Source: Phaeosaccion multiseriatum
Lineage: Eukaryota > Protista > Ochrophyta, other classes
Length of the DNA stretch: 64,000 nucleotides
NCBI GenBank assembly: GCA_965112735.1
Contig: OZ218963.1
Coordinates: forward strand, 2,542,001-2,606,000
Reading direction: 5' to 3'
This document shows, piece after piece, positions 20,043 through 31,560 of this stretch. Numbering within the stretch: the first letter of the stretch is position 1; every line of letters begins with the position of its first letter. A program made the translations under genes and the position numbers. Under the pieces are notes generated by a model. The model did not search any database. It was not told the origin of the DNA and saw only the letters and a program-made list of their open reading frames with translations.

Positions 20043-22359
20043 CTAGATCCTCGCATCACCAAGTGGGCTGAATTCTGGCTTATCCTCGCCTCCGTCAGCG
20101 TCTGTCCCTTCCTCTCGCACCACCCCTTCCCCTTGTATCGTCGGGTCTCCCGCACTGAAACAAAACCGCGCAGCCACCCTCATCAAAATATGAACACACA
20201 GAGCAGTTGCGGCGATGATGATGCTGTTTCTCACGATGTGGTCCGGGACGTCTTTAACTCCTCCGAGTCCAGCGAAAAGCATAAAGAAGACGTTCTCAAC
20301 AGCTACCAGCGCAATGACCGCCACCTGCCGGGTTTCGTCTTGCAACAGCGCTGAGACGAAGCCTGCAGCAAAAGCATTGAGTAGGCGCAATCGCTTGCTC
20401 CCCAGATCATCCGTGGTCTTCCCATGCGATTCGATACACCATCGCGTCCAAAGCAGCCAAGGTAAAGCGAGGAAGCAAAAGTTGCCCGTAGTCAACGCAA
20501 AGAGAACCATCGATAACATGCGAGACAAAATGTCCGTCAGGTGGAAGAGCAAGTGCCATCCAATGTGCCGAGCGAGCGCCAGTCCGTACAGGATGTAGCG
20601 TTTCGACGACGCACATAACGCTCCAATAGACTGCCGGGGCGCACTATAGAAGGCTCTGGCGTGTCGTGTTGTGGCCAAACAGAGGGTCTGTAGATACGCA
20701 CCAAGCGACGCACAGGAGGTCCACAGGAAGAGACCTAGCGATGTGTACCATGACGTGCTTCGCTCTGGGGTCTCTTGTGCCGCTAGCTCTTCCGCCGTCT
20801 CTGCTGCCTTCTCCCCAAAAATTTCGAGAGACGCGGCCTCCAGGGAATTTTCTACCTTTTCCGCACTCAAGATGCTCATGAGCTCCCATGCCAACGAGAA
20901 AATCGACCCGAACACCGATATCAAGAGCACATTGGACACGCTGTCAGTATCCCATCGGGAGAGCAGTGCGTATAGCTGAATGAGCATCTGCGGAATGGTC
21001 TCGAAGACCGACTCTCCCCACTTCAGCAGAACCATTCCCGCTGTCTTTTTCCCCCCACCCAGCTCCGATACGCATCAAAAGGAACCAGCAAACAAACCAT
21101 GGCGAGAAAAGGGTCCCAAGATGAGTGTGAAGTGGAAGTCAGGGCTGCCACTCCGATAGTCGGCAACACAAGAAAGGCGACAGCAAGCCAACACAGCGCT
21201 GGGCTATACTTGGCAAACGCTGCTATCGCCGCAATGTCCGAGACCACATCCCAGTAGTAAAGAAGGACATCGCTTGCCAGAAAGAATTTCGAGAGCGACG
21301 ATTTGATCTCAGATTGCTCAATGGCTACAGCTGAAAAGTCGTTCCCCGGAAGTATGTAGTCTTTATCAAATTTCCTCAACCACGACGGAGGAACAACGCC
21401 TACGAGTATACAAGAGCGACAAGCGTGTCAGATTCAAAGTTTAAGCACATCAAGTATGCCACACTCACATAAGTTAGCGTTCACACCAGCTCGAAAAAAA
21501 CAAACAAATCAAAAGACGCGAACGGGTGTGCGTACCACTCACCGGAGAGCTGGTTTCTATGGAGGAACAGATGGGTGAGCTTGACGAGACGTCCAAGCTC
21601 GGGTGGAATGCTCCCTGTAGATGGAGGAGAGTTATTTGGTCATACTCAATCAAGTGAAAGGGAATGCTCTCTGCGGAGCGGAGGTACGTTCTTGTCACAC
21701 GACTATCAAGCGAAAGGGACGCGAACGGGTGTGCGTACCACTTACCAGTGAGCATGTTCATGGAGAGCTCCAAATGCACAAGCTTCTCCAGACTTCCAAG
21801 CTCCCTTGGAATGTTCCCTGCGGAGCGGAGGAAAGTTCTTGGTCATACTTGCAGCAAGTCAAAGGGACACGACGCGAACGGGTGGGCGTACCACTCACCG
21901 GAGAGCTGGTTGTGGTAGAAGTTCAGAACGGTGAGCTGGACGAGACGTCCAAGCTCGGGTGGAATGCTCCCTGCGGATGGGAGGAGAGCTCTTTGGTCAT
22001 ACTCGTATCAAGTGAGCGAAAGGGACGCGAACGGGTGTGCGTGTATCAGATGTATGCGCCTCCCTTCTCTCTCCCCTTCTTTCCTTTCCCCTCTCGAAGG
22101 ATACACACTAAACTCACGAGGTTCATGGAAGACCAACCCCCACCTCAGCCCCAACCTCTTCCACGGCCTTCTTACCTTCGAGCTGGTTGGTGGAAAGGTC
22201 GAGCTTGACCACATATCCATTATCCACCGTCACTCCATAGCATGGCTCCAAAGGTTGTGTCGTGTTCCACCCCCATCTTCGTCTCCATTGCTTTCCGTTT
22301 GTGGCCCCATAGAGGGCGATGAGTGCCTCACGCTGCTGCGGCGCTTCTACGTGCGACAT
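20043..22359 (-). CDS. LRR + XK-related (Xkr/CED-8-like scramblase) fusion, with one frameshift
   Basis: Exons 22359-22176 (N-cap); LRR exons 21970-21899, 21817-21746 and 21614-21543; then from 21399. XK motifs WDVVSD, ESVFETIPQMLIQLY, SIFSLAW and DILSRMLSMVLFA. One-base frame break at ~21047-21056. Confidence 0.7.
21513..22045 (-). repeat. LRR exon-intron cassette array 2 (3 intact units + 1 deletion scar)
   Basis: Same exon and intron consensus as array 1. Confidence 0.92.
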
Positions 22360-22570
22360 CACGCACTGGGGTGTGCTGGTTCTAAAGAGTCGCCGCCAGG
22401 CCGGGAAGCTGCCCCTACCCCTGTGATCTCCTCCTGCTCTTGTTTCTTTTCCCTGCTCCTGTCTCTGGCCCTGCAGGAATACAGATTTTCGTGAGGTGCA
22501 AGTGCTGCTATTGCCACTGCTGTTGCTACAAAAGGAATCCTTCTGGCACTGTCTGCTGCCTTGTTCTTTG
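22020..22570. repeat. Segmental duplication of 11990-12540 (upstream region, N-cap exon, intron 1)
   Basis: Long near-identical stretches shared by the ROCO and XK genes. Confidence 0.9.
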
Positions 22571-22974
22571 CCCTGACGCTCTTCCCCCAGCGAAAAATTG
22601 ATGCCACTGCACGGCAAACCGAAACTTAACATGGAGTCCTATTTCGACCAGAGATGGGGGCGGGAGGAAGGGCGATGTTCGAGGTCTGAGTAGTTGCCGA
22701 GTCCCTCCCTCGCCCTTCCGCCCTAATGACATGCCTCTATTTTCACCCACCATTTTGCTGTCATCCTCGCGGATCAGGTGTGTTCGCTCCTGTGGGGCAG
22801 CCCACCCGACTCCGTCGTGGTCGTAGCTGGCGTGCATGGCTGGCGGTGCCGAGCGGCTATGCGTACCTGGGCTGTGCAGCTCCGTTGGGGAGGGGACGAG
22901 CGTGGGGGGTGGCGTTAAGGGCCACATCGGGGCGGTGGCTTAGGCGAGGGCTGCAGCAGCATCTCGGTAGCGTA

Positions 22975-23400
22975 GTAATGGGCAGGGGAGAACAGCTTTG
23001 ATGGCAGCGTCTGTGGCAGGACACCGAAGTGTTGTGCGAAAGCTGCTCCCGGCTGGTGCCGAGATGAATGCGATCAGTGGCGGCGGATACTGAGCGACAC
23101 ACGTGGCCTGTGCTCATGGCCATGCTCGTGTCGCGGAGGAACTCATCTCAGGAAGGTGCGGTCTGTTAGGGGGGGGCATCGCTTTGTTTCATGCTGCGAG
23201 CGGGCTATGTGGCAGTGATCCGTGCGCTCCTGCTTGTCTACGAGGGGGCTGATACTGACAATGGGGGCGGCAGTTCCCTTGGCACGCCCTTGAGCTGCTC
23301 TCAGGAAGGACCTCGCCGGCAATGGCTCTGGTCAGAGGCCGTAGGCTCAGCGATGTAGCAGCGATCCAATGCCTTCTGGCCGCAAACAGTCAACGCTTTG
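22975..23400 (+). pseudogene. Degenerate ankyrin-repeat gene
   Basis: NGQGRTALMAASVAGHRSVVRKLLPAGAEMN..* ATHVACAHGHARVAEELI, with stops and frameshifts. Confidence 0.65.
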
Positions 23401-24187
23401 CGTCACAGAGCGTATTGGACGGACGTTATGCAAATTTTGACTTGGCTACTACGAAGGGAGACTGAGGGTGCCAAGGACGGCGGGGCAGCGGGCTGTGATG
23501 AGTTGTCTCATGGCCTTTGGTGTTGGTGAATGAACGCACACGCTGCGGGGAGGCGGGCGCAAATTACGAGTACGTCGGTAAGCCCCAGGGGAGGGAAAAC
23601 AGCGGCGAGGGAAGGAGAGGGGCGCTCCGGGCCTCGGCCAAGCGCAGCCAGGACCACGCACCAAAAGTTCTCTGGGGTTAAGGTGCAGCCAGATAGGCCA
23701 AAAACTGGCGTCCTCTTGCTCCGTTTTCTTGCCTCCGCCCCTCAGCCGTGCGCATGTTTGCCCACCACCCCTGCTGGACTGCCTGCTGGGGACGCTGTAG
23801 AAGGAGCGGGGACTTACGGTGAGTCGAGGCGCACACGAGAAGCAAGGCAGCGGCGTCCTCCTTGCCCTCCTCTGTCCCTCTGGCGATTTTGCTCCTGCGT
23901 CTTCTCTGGCGAGCATCTTCCGCTCTTTTGAAGAGGAGAGCAAGGCGAGAGCGCAGCAGCGGGAGGAACAGAGGCTGAAGGAGGAGAGCGACTGCAGGCG
24001 AAGGAGCACGAGAGACAGCGTCAGCTGCAAGAGGAGCAATGGCAGCGTCTGGTGGAACGTCTGGTGGAAGAGTTCGGGTGAAAGTGTCACTCATTCGTTT
24101 CGTCCTACGCTGGGCGGGAATGGGCTCATACCTTCCTCCAGTCTGGGTACTTCTCCTCAAACTTGGCGGCATTTTCGTTCAGCACCC

Positions 24188-24691
24188 ATGGACAACACCT
24201 GCAGTGGGTGCGGACTCCCCTTCTGCCCACTGGAGCTGTCGGACGACGAGAGTGAACAGTATGACTCTGAGGACTATGGATTTGGGGAGGATGTGGACGT
24301 GGAACTCCCGCCTCATTGTCCAGGATGGATATCCATGCGGACGCACAGGAGACGTGGAACTCCCGCCTCATTGTCCAGGATGGATATCCATGCGGACGCA
24401 CAGGAGGGGTACACTCCCATTTTTCGGGAGGACAAAACGTCCCTTTTTTTTTCGGGAGGATGTGGACTAGGGAATGTGGCGGTGGTGCAGCAGCTTCTTT
24501 CCGCTGGCGTGGACAAGGAGCATGAGGACAATGAGGGGTGGACTGCTCTCCTGTTCGCGTCTGCCCAGGGACATGCATCGGTGGTGGAGCTGCTCTTGTC
24601 CGCCGGGGTGAGCAAGGAGCATACGAGCAATAATGGGAGGACTGCTCTCTTGTGGGCGTCTGCCCAGGGACATGCATCGGTGGTGGAGTAA
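24188..24691 (+). pseudogene. Short or truncated ankyrin-repeat gene
   Basis: GWTALLFASAQGHASVVELLLSAG and GRTALLWASAQGHASVVE* (stop in mid-repeat); tandem duplication at ~24295-24410. Confidence 0.6.
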
Positions 24692-24744
24692 ATAGTGAAA
24701 ACTTGGTCAATGTCTAAGACATTGCTGATAAAATCTACTCGTCA

Positions 24745-27700
24745 TCACAGCTGTTGTTTCGCCGAAGAAAGTGAGGTCTCTCCCTCTCCCTCCTCATCCC
24801 CCCCCTTCTCCTCCTGCCTCCTGCCTCCTCCTCCTCCTCGTCCTCCTCCCCCTCCCCCTCCTCCTCCTCCTCCTCCCTCTCCATCCTTGTGGTCTTGCCT
24901 TCCAGCACTGGTGCCGTCCGATGGCTGTAACAAGAAAGGGACTTGAAAATCACCCGTTGGATGGATACTATCAGGCAACCTCCTACGCCGAAGCTCCCAA
25001 CAGTACGATACGACAACAAGGGCAAAATAGCCGAGCACCACACATATAACGACGCTGATCTTCACTTCCTTTGCCCCTTCAAGAAAAAAGGTGGTGGCCC
25101 CACTGGCACACAGAAATGTGAGGAGTGTCGTGATTGCCCTCTTACACGTTACCCACTCCGCTGACTCTTGCGTGAGTTTTGCGTCAAAGGCTTGACATGT
25201 GGCTCCAATGGTAACATCCGTGGCACCAACCTCCAAGTCATTTGGTCCCAGGACCACTACAATGGGCTTAAGAGCGGTTGTTGTTGTCCCCTCCACAGGC
25301 GTGACGGGATGTACCATGACGCTCGTAGGCCCAGTCTCACTCTTTAATCGAACCGAGAAAAGAAGCGGGTTGCGCTTGTGCAGCATGGCCTCTCTGCCCG
25401 CGATGAAGCCTTTTCCTGCGTCTTCTGCAGTGAATCCCTGAGACAGGAATGAGAACGCGAGGAAGGAGAAAAGCAAAAAGGGTCGGTGCTGAGAGAAGCA
25501 CAGCAAGCAGCCCCCAACCACTAGCACTAGCTAGGCAGCCCAGTAGATCAAATGCAGGCCCCGTGTTCTTACCAAGGGCCTCATAGGGAGACTACCGACC
25601 CTCTCTGCCGTCGCGTCCACCTTCATTTGTTCCCTTACGTAATCCTTTATACTGTTCCGCGCGTGCCACTTAGCATCGTATTCTCCTTGAACAGTACGGA
25701 GCTCGAAGCGTGTCCCTTCCAGTGCCACGAGGAGGAGCGCTCTATCCCCGTTTCCATATACAATTGAGCACCCAAAAGCAAGCATGGGTCCGACAGCAAT
25801 ATCTGTTGTGGGGGAAACGTATGAAACATACGTAAGACAGGGTTGCTTGGTGTGGAAAGACTGAATTCCAGTTCCAGGGGGAGGTGAGATTGCTTACCTG
25901 GCACAGGGCAGGATATACACAAACAGTTCTTGTCGAACGCCTTGAACTCTACTTCAACAGCGAAGTCATGAGTGCCATCCTCCTCCTCCGGAACCCCCGT
26001 GGGTATCGCCCTCCTCACTCGGTATGACCACCGCCACGCCCGTTTCCACTTCTCGCCGTTGTGCCGAGTATGCACGTTGTGTCGCCAGAGGTTGGGGTGA
26101 GCTGCTCCCATGACGGGATATGACACAAGGATGGGGTGGAGGGGCAAATGCTGAGTGCACTCGAGCGTGATGATCGGGCCAGCCGCCACGTGGCCAGCAG
26201 GCAGAGCAGGTACGTCATCCGGGGCATTCGCTTCGCGGGCATTCGCTGCGGTGTCGAAGTCTACGGTCAGGGTCAGACGCTTCCCCGCTTTCAGCGCATT
26301 CGCTGGCACTGTCACACCCACACCCATGAGCACATCTTCTGAGACGATGCCTTTCCGCGACAAATCCCTCGTCAGCGTGATCTCAGCGGAGAATTTCGAC
26401 CCCCGTGCCCCTCTCTCCTCGATTTTCTCCTCCCACCTTCCTTCCCCGCTCTCCTCGTCCCCTTTCTCCTTCAACCAGGCCTCCCTCCTTCTATCGTTCC
26501 TCTCCTTGTGCCGCGGTACTGTTTCAATCTTGTCCTTTCCTTTCTCCCCTAGTTCTGGAGGAAGAGAAGAAGCACAAAAGCAAGCCAGGAGTGTTGTCAA
26601 CGTTTGCGTGCTTAGAACTTCGCCTCATGGCCACACGTACGCCTCTCACCTCTCTTCCTCCTCGCTTCGTCTACAATTTGTCTCTCAATCTCCGTAACGT
26701 TTCCTGTAGGTTGGGTGCAGAGAGAGCCAGAGAGAGCGTGGTAGGGGAGGAACCAATGCCATGGTCGTGTGACAGTAGAACAGAGACGGTTCTCGCGTAC
26801 CGTGCACGTAATATAAGGGAGGAGCGTTTGTGTTCGCGTACCACCTACCTTCTAGAGAGTTCCATGACAGCCTAAGTTCTCGAAGCTCTGCCAGCTTCCC
26901 CAACTCCTTTGGAATGTTCCCTGTGGAGCAAGGAAAGTTCTTTGGTCACACTAACATCAAGTGAAAGGGACGCGAACGGGTACGCGTACCACTTACCGCT
27001 GAGCTCGTTGTCGTGGAGGTACAGGTACTGCAAGTTGGTCAGATCTCCCAACTCCTTGGGAATGCTCCCTGTGGAGCGGAGGAAAGGTCTTTGGTCACAC
27101 TAATATCAAGTCAAAGGGACGCGAACGGGTGCGCGTACCACTCACCGGTGAGCTCGTTGCTCCGCAGGTTGAGCACCGTCAGGTTCTCAAGACTTCCAAG
27201 CTCGGGTGGAATGTTCCCTGCGCAGCGGAGGAAAGTTCTTCAGCCATACTTGTATCAAGTCAAAGGGACGCGAACGGGTGTGCGTACCACTTACCGGAGA
27301 GCTGGTTTTCCCCCAGGTAGAGCCCCCTCAGGTTCTCAAGACTTCCAAGCTTGGGCGGAATGTTCCCTGCGGAGCGGAGGAAAGTTCTTGGTCATACTAA
27401 CATCAAGTGAAAGGGACGCGAACGGGGTACGTGTACCACTCACCGGAGAGCTGGTTGCTGTGCAGGCCGAGCAGCGTCAGGTTCTCAAGACGTCTAAGCT
27501 CGGGCGGAATGTTCCCTGCGGAGCGGAGGAATGTTCTTGGTCATACTAACATCAAGTCAAAGGGACGCGACGCGAACGGGGTGCGCGTACCACTTACCAG
27601 TGAGCTCGTTCATGGAGAGGTCCAAATTCACAAGCTTCTCCAGACTTCCAAGCGCCCTTGGAATGTTCCCTGCGGAGCGGAGGAGAGCTCTTTGGTCACA

Positions 27701-28248
27701 CTGATATCAAGCTAAAGGGACGCGAACGGGGTGTGCGTACCACTTACCAGTGAGCTTGTTGCCCCACAGGGTGAGCACCGTCAGGTTCTCAAGACTTCCA
27801 AGCTCGGGCGGAATGCTCCCTGTCGAGCGGAGGAAAGTTCTTTGTCATTCGACTATCAAGCGAATAGGACGCAAACGGGTCGCTGGACTGCCACACCGTG
27901 CCGCGCCTCATCCCTTCTCTTATCCCCCTTTGATCGCCCTTCCCGAATATTCTAGACCCATCACAAGTAGATGCATGAACAGAGAGAGAACTTCCGAACA
28001 TTCTGGAAATACTTCAGAATACTCTTCAGTACCTCAGGCGGAACAACCACAATCACGTCTCTCTCACATTTGAGGCCGTTCTGCGCCAGATTAAGCTTCA
28101 CAACATAGTCATTCTCTACCGTCACTCCGGCCCAGTTTTCTACAGGTGCTTTCGTGTTCCATCCTGCTTTGTTAAACCAGTCGGGTCCTCCCGTGGCGTG
28201 GAAGAAGGCCGTGAGTATTCTACGCTGTCCCTCGAGAACGCTAGGCAT
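24745..28248 (-). CDS. LRR + ZU5-like domain + two C-terminal TM helices
   Basis: Exons 28248-28068 (N-cap); 7 x 72-bp LRR exons; 26703-26650; 26554-25898 (GVGVTVPANAL..GPIITLE..PILVSYP, ZU5-like); 25802-25573; 25437-24745. GT-AG and frame-consistent. Confidence 0.7.
26830..27880 (-). repeat. LRR exon-intron cassette array 3 (7 units)
   Basis: Exons 27748-27819, 27598-27669, 27444-27515, 27295-27366, 27146-27217, 26997-27068 and 26849-26920. Confidence 0.95.
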
Positions 28249-28388
28249 CGTAGCCTTCGCAATACGCAAACACCGGTAGCAGTTCGCCTGTCCTTCTTCT
28301 TAGTGTATATAGTACGCACACAAACTGAGCGAGCTTTGAATCCTACTCACAAATGGACGCCACCTTCCAGGAAGTATGTTTGTGGCCT

Positions 28389-28974
28389 TTAACATCGAGT
28401 AGAAGAACACACCGATGAAGTTCCACATCTCCTCTATGTCAATCCGGTCTGCCCCGTTCCAAATCCCATCGTTCGCCCACCCGACGAGCTCCACCGCCAG
28501 GTCTTTGAGGAGGACCCGCAGACAATCCCCCTCCGCCAGGTCGCGTCCCTCATCCCAAAGCAGCTTCTCCATCCCCCGGACCATGTGCGCGGCGGACCTT
28601 CGAGCAGCCTCGTCCAGCGTCGTACCCATGAAGTCTCGTTCCATTACCACCTCCCCCTTCCCACTCCTCCCTGGCGGCCTCCCTTTTTGGTTCAGCCGCA
28701 GTAGGCTGTCGTCCCGCACCAGAGCCACCATCCAGCACTTGCTCCTCGATGCCGTCGTCCTCGTCTGCGCGCCGTGCGGCCGCGGCGGTTCTTTCCACAA
28801 CAGCTGCGGCAGACGTACACGAGTTCTTATGCCTTTTCTCCTTCGACCCACAGCAAGTGTGCTTGACCGTAAACTCACGGACGGGACGAGCAGCCCCGGC
28901 ACCACCCCCAGACACCACAGCCCCCCCCCAACCGTATCGGCCCAGCAGGCGCTTGGGCCGGCTTGGCCGGCCAA
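28389..28974 (-). pseudogene. Possible piggyBac-like transposase N-terminal remnant
   Basis: LVGWANDGIW..IDIEEMWNFIGVFFYS resembles the PGBD TN..W...EL..FIG motif; no catalytic core. Confidence 0.3.
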
Positions 28975-29652
28975 TAGCCTAGCCTAACGCCTGCTACCAC
29001 CTTCCGAAGCCGTTACGGAGCCAGAGGCTTCTCGCGCCTCAGCGAGAGACTTCCCTCCCTCTGCATCTCACACTCCCTCACGCCATCCCACTGGACCCCC
29101 CCACCACCCCCGGACCACGTCTGGACCTCAGTCGGCGGCCACTAGTCCCTGACACAAAGACTGACCATCAATTACGTGGGTGACGCACACCATTCGGGCG
29201 GGCTCCACTGCGAAGCCTAGTTTAGCCTCTGCGGCGACCGAGGGAATACGAATTACACACAGCAGTAGCAAGACTACCCAGAGACTATATACCCGCGATT
29301 TCAGCCTGTGTCGATGCCTACACCGTACGAACAGGGCCACGGACGACGGCCCCTTTTTTGGCCTTAAAACCCTCCGAAAACCCTCGTACGAGGGTTTTAA
29401 GACGATTTTCGGCCCTCGTCCAAAACCGTAAAACCCCCGTGTACGGGGGTTTTAAGACGATTTTCGGCCCTCGTCCAAAACCGTAAACCCCCCCCCGTGG
29501 GAGGGTTTTATTACATTGTAGAGTGCTTCTCTCCCCCTCCTCGTCAGACCTACTGTAAATACTTTTCAAAGCTTCGAACTCCCCTCCCCCTGTTTTCTCT
29601 AAACCCGGATCTTCCCGACTCTTTTTTCCAGGCAGTGATAAGGTAGAGGACA

Positions 29653-31560
29653 ATGAAGTTGATATGGGCCATCCTTCTAGCCTTTACAAGTGCAGCAGCA
29701 GCAAGGGCTGCAGAAATGCTGGAGAGTGGCGCGGAATGGAACATTGACATTATCTTCACCTTTGTGTCTTCGACTGAAGTGGCTGGACGGGTTGATGTCA
29801 TTCCCTTGCTGGAATCTATGGTGCCTCATACCCTTCGCGTAGCTCATGGCGCCAGAGTTCACGTTTTGACAAACGACGAGCACATCGCCTCTACCGCGAA
29901 GCGTGGCGGGGCATATGTGGGGTTCCTCCAATCCGTTGACACGCAAGCAGCTTCCTTTAGAGATATTTACGTCCCGCAGAGCGTGAATCCCTTGAAGTAC
30001 GAACGTTGGTGCTTTGAGCGATGGTTTGCAATTACAGAGTATTTGGAGTCCCTGAGCGAAACTTTGGATTTGCAAGTAATCATGGCGACTGATTACGATG
30101 TGGTGCTTCTTCAGGACCCCAAAGAACTCTTGCTGGCACTCTTCCCTGATCTCAAGGGCAACGCCCGTGTAGGGGACTTCATCGACAGCCTCTCCCTCAT
30201 CTTTGGAGCATGCACCTTCTGGTCTATGATGGGCCTGAAGAGCTACACCGAGTTTCTGTGGGACATCTGGAAGGATCGGGACGTGGAGCTAATAATGCGG
30301 GCAGGCTCGAAGTTCACAGGGAAGCAGTTTACCGATGTGTCGCCAGAACATCTTCAGTTCATTCCAGCAAAGCCAAACGACACCTTCGTCTACCATTTTT
30401 CCGACATGGAGGCGTGGGTGGAGTATTCCCGCGTTGTCCCCCAACGGCGGTACATTGACAGGGAGGTCATGAACCAAGATTTCATAGTGATCGCTCGATT
30501 TGTCTACATTAGTGAGAAAGCTTTCGCCTTGTGGGTTGCAGATGGAAAGGTCGTCGCCACCCCTTGCCAGCCGCGCCTCCCTGACAAAACGTTGTTCAAT
30601 GCCCGAGGCGTCGGCTTAGTTCACTTCAGCGAGGGCACCAAGGGAGGTATTTTGCCGTTCTTTACGGAACTCGAGGCGCTGGGCTGGGAGGGAGGTGCGG
30701 AGTCCAGCGCAGCAGAGCTTTCCAAGATCCGCCTCCTCTTTGTGCACGAACTTGGGCACGCAGGAGGGGCTTCGCTAGTCAGAATCCTGGCACAGCCTTT
30801 TCTGGACTCAGTTTGTAGTTCGAGTGGGGCCCTTGCCTTGGGAGCCGACACACAAAACGTGTATCCTACCATGGCTTCCCGGCGCGTCGACTCGACGGGG
30901 GTTTGCGACTGCGAGGAACCGCTTTGTTGGCACTGGTGCCCAAAGCTGCTCGACGAGCTGGTGACTGACGTGAATCGCGGCAAGATTTTAGACTCTTGGA
31001 TGGAGGCCCGGTGCAACCAAGCCCAGATCCCGCAAATGCTGGTTGTCCACGAAAATGATTTTGCGCTGACTTTCAAGCACGCACTATTCCCTCAACTCTC
31101 CCAAAGCCTTATCGTTGTTCGCCATCCAATGTGTAGTGCGGAAGGGGGTCTGCGGGGATGGGAGCGAGTTTGGCTGAACTTTTTTTCCGAGGACATTCTT
31201 CGTGTTGGGAAGTTTGTTGTAGTTCGTTTCGAGGACATCGTGCGGGCTCCAAATTCCCTCCGAGGGCTACTGGAGCGGGAGTTGAGTTTGCCAGCGGTAC
31301 CTCGCCTCATGTTTGGCCAGGATTTTTTCCGTGATTCACTACCAAGGGCCTTATCGAACAGAAAATGTCCCCTTCAGTGCGCCGCCGCAGCAGGGTCCTC
31401 TGAGTGCCAAGCCTCTCCCGAGGGTATGGTACTTGCTACTCACTTTGGATACTATTTTGAAGGCACTGACCCATTCGACCTACGATCAGATGATCCCGTC
31501 CAGATTTTCCGCGGACAGGACTTGCTGCAGCTGCGAGCGAAGCTAGTCCCCACTCGGTGA
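29653..31560 (+). CDS. Secreted/Golgi glycosyltransferase-like + sulfotransferase-like fusion
   Basis: Signal peptide; CFERWF and the DxD motif TDYDVV; then LFVHELGHAGGASL, VVRHP and VVRFEDIV, resembling PAPS-binding motifs. Confidence 0.6.
   Translation: MKLIWAILLAFTSAAAARAAEMLESGAEWNIDIIFTFVSSTEVAGRVDVIPLLESMVPHTLRVAHGARVHVLTNDEHIASTAKRGGAYVGFLQSVDTQAASFRDIYVPQSVNPLKYERWCFERWFAITEYLESLSETLDLQVIMATDYDVVLLQDPKELLLALFPDLKGNARVGDFIDSLSLIFGACTFWSMMGLKSYTEFLWDIWKDRDVELIMRAGSKFTGKQFTDVSPEHLQFIPAKPNDTFVYHFSDMEAWVEYSRVVPQRRYIDREVMNQDFIVIARFVYISEKAFALWVADGKVVATPCQPRLPDKTLFNARGVGLVHFSEGTKGGILPFFTELEALGWEGGAESSAAELSKIRLLFVHELGHAGGASLVRILAQPFLDSVCSSSGALALGADTQNVYPTMASRRVDSTGVCDCEEPLCWHWCPKLLDELVTDVNRGKILDSWMEARCNQAQIPQMLVVHENDFALTFKHALFPQLSQSLIVVRHPMCSAEGGLRGWERVWLNFFSEDILRVGKFVVVRFEDIVRAPNSLRGLLERELSLPAVPRLMFGQDFFRDSLPRALSNRKCPLQCAAAAGSSECQASPEGMVLATHFGYYFEGTDPFDLRSDDPVQIFRGQDLLQLRAKLVPTR

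Noticed and set aside
22357-22607. Upstream ORF ending in TGATG overlapping the LRR start codon
   Set aside because: Its ATG lies outside the segment shared with the ROCO copy and nothing supports coupling; likely chance.
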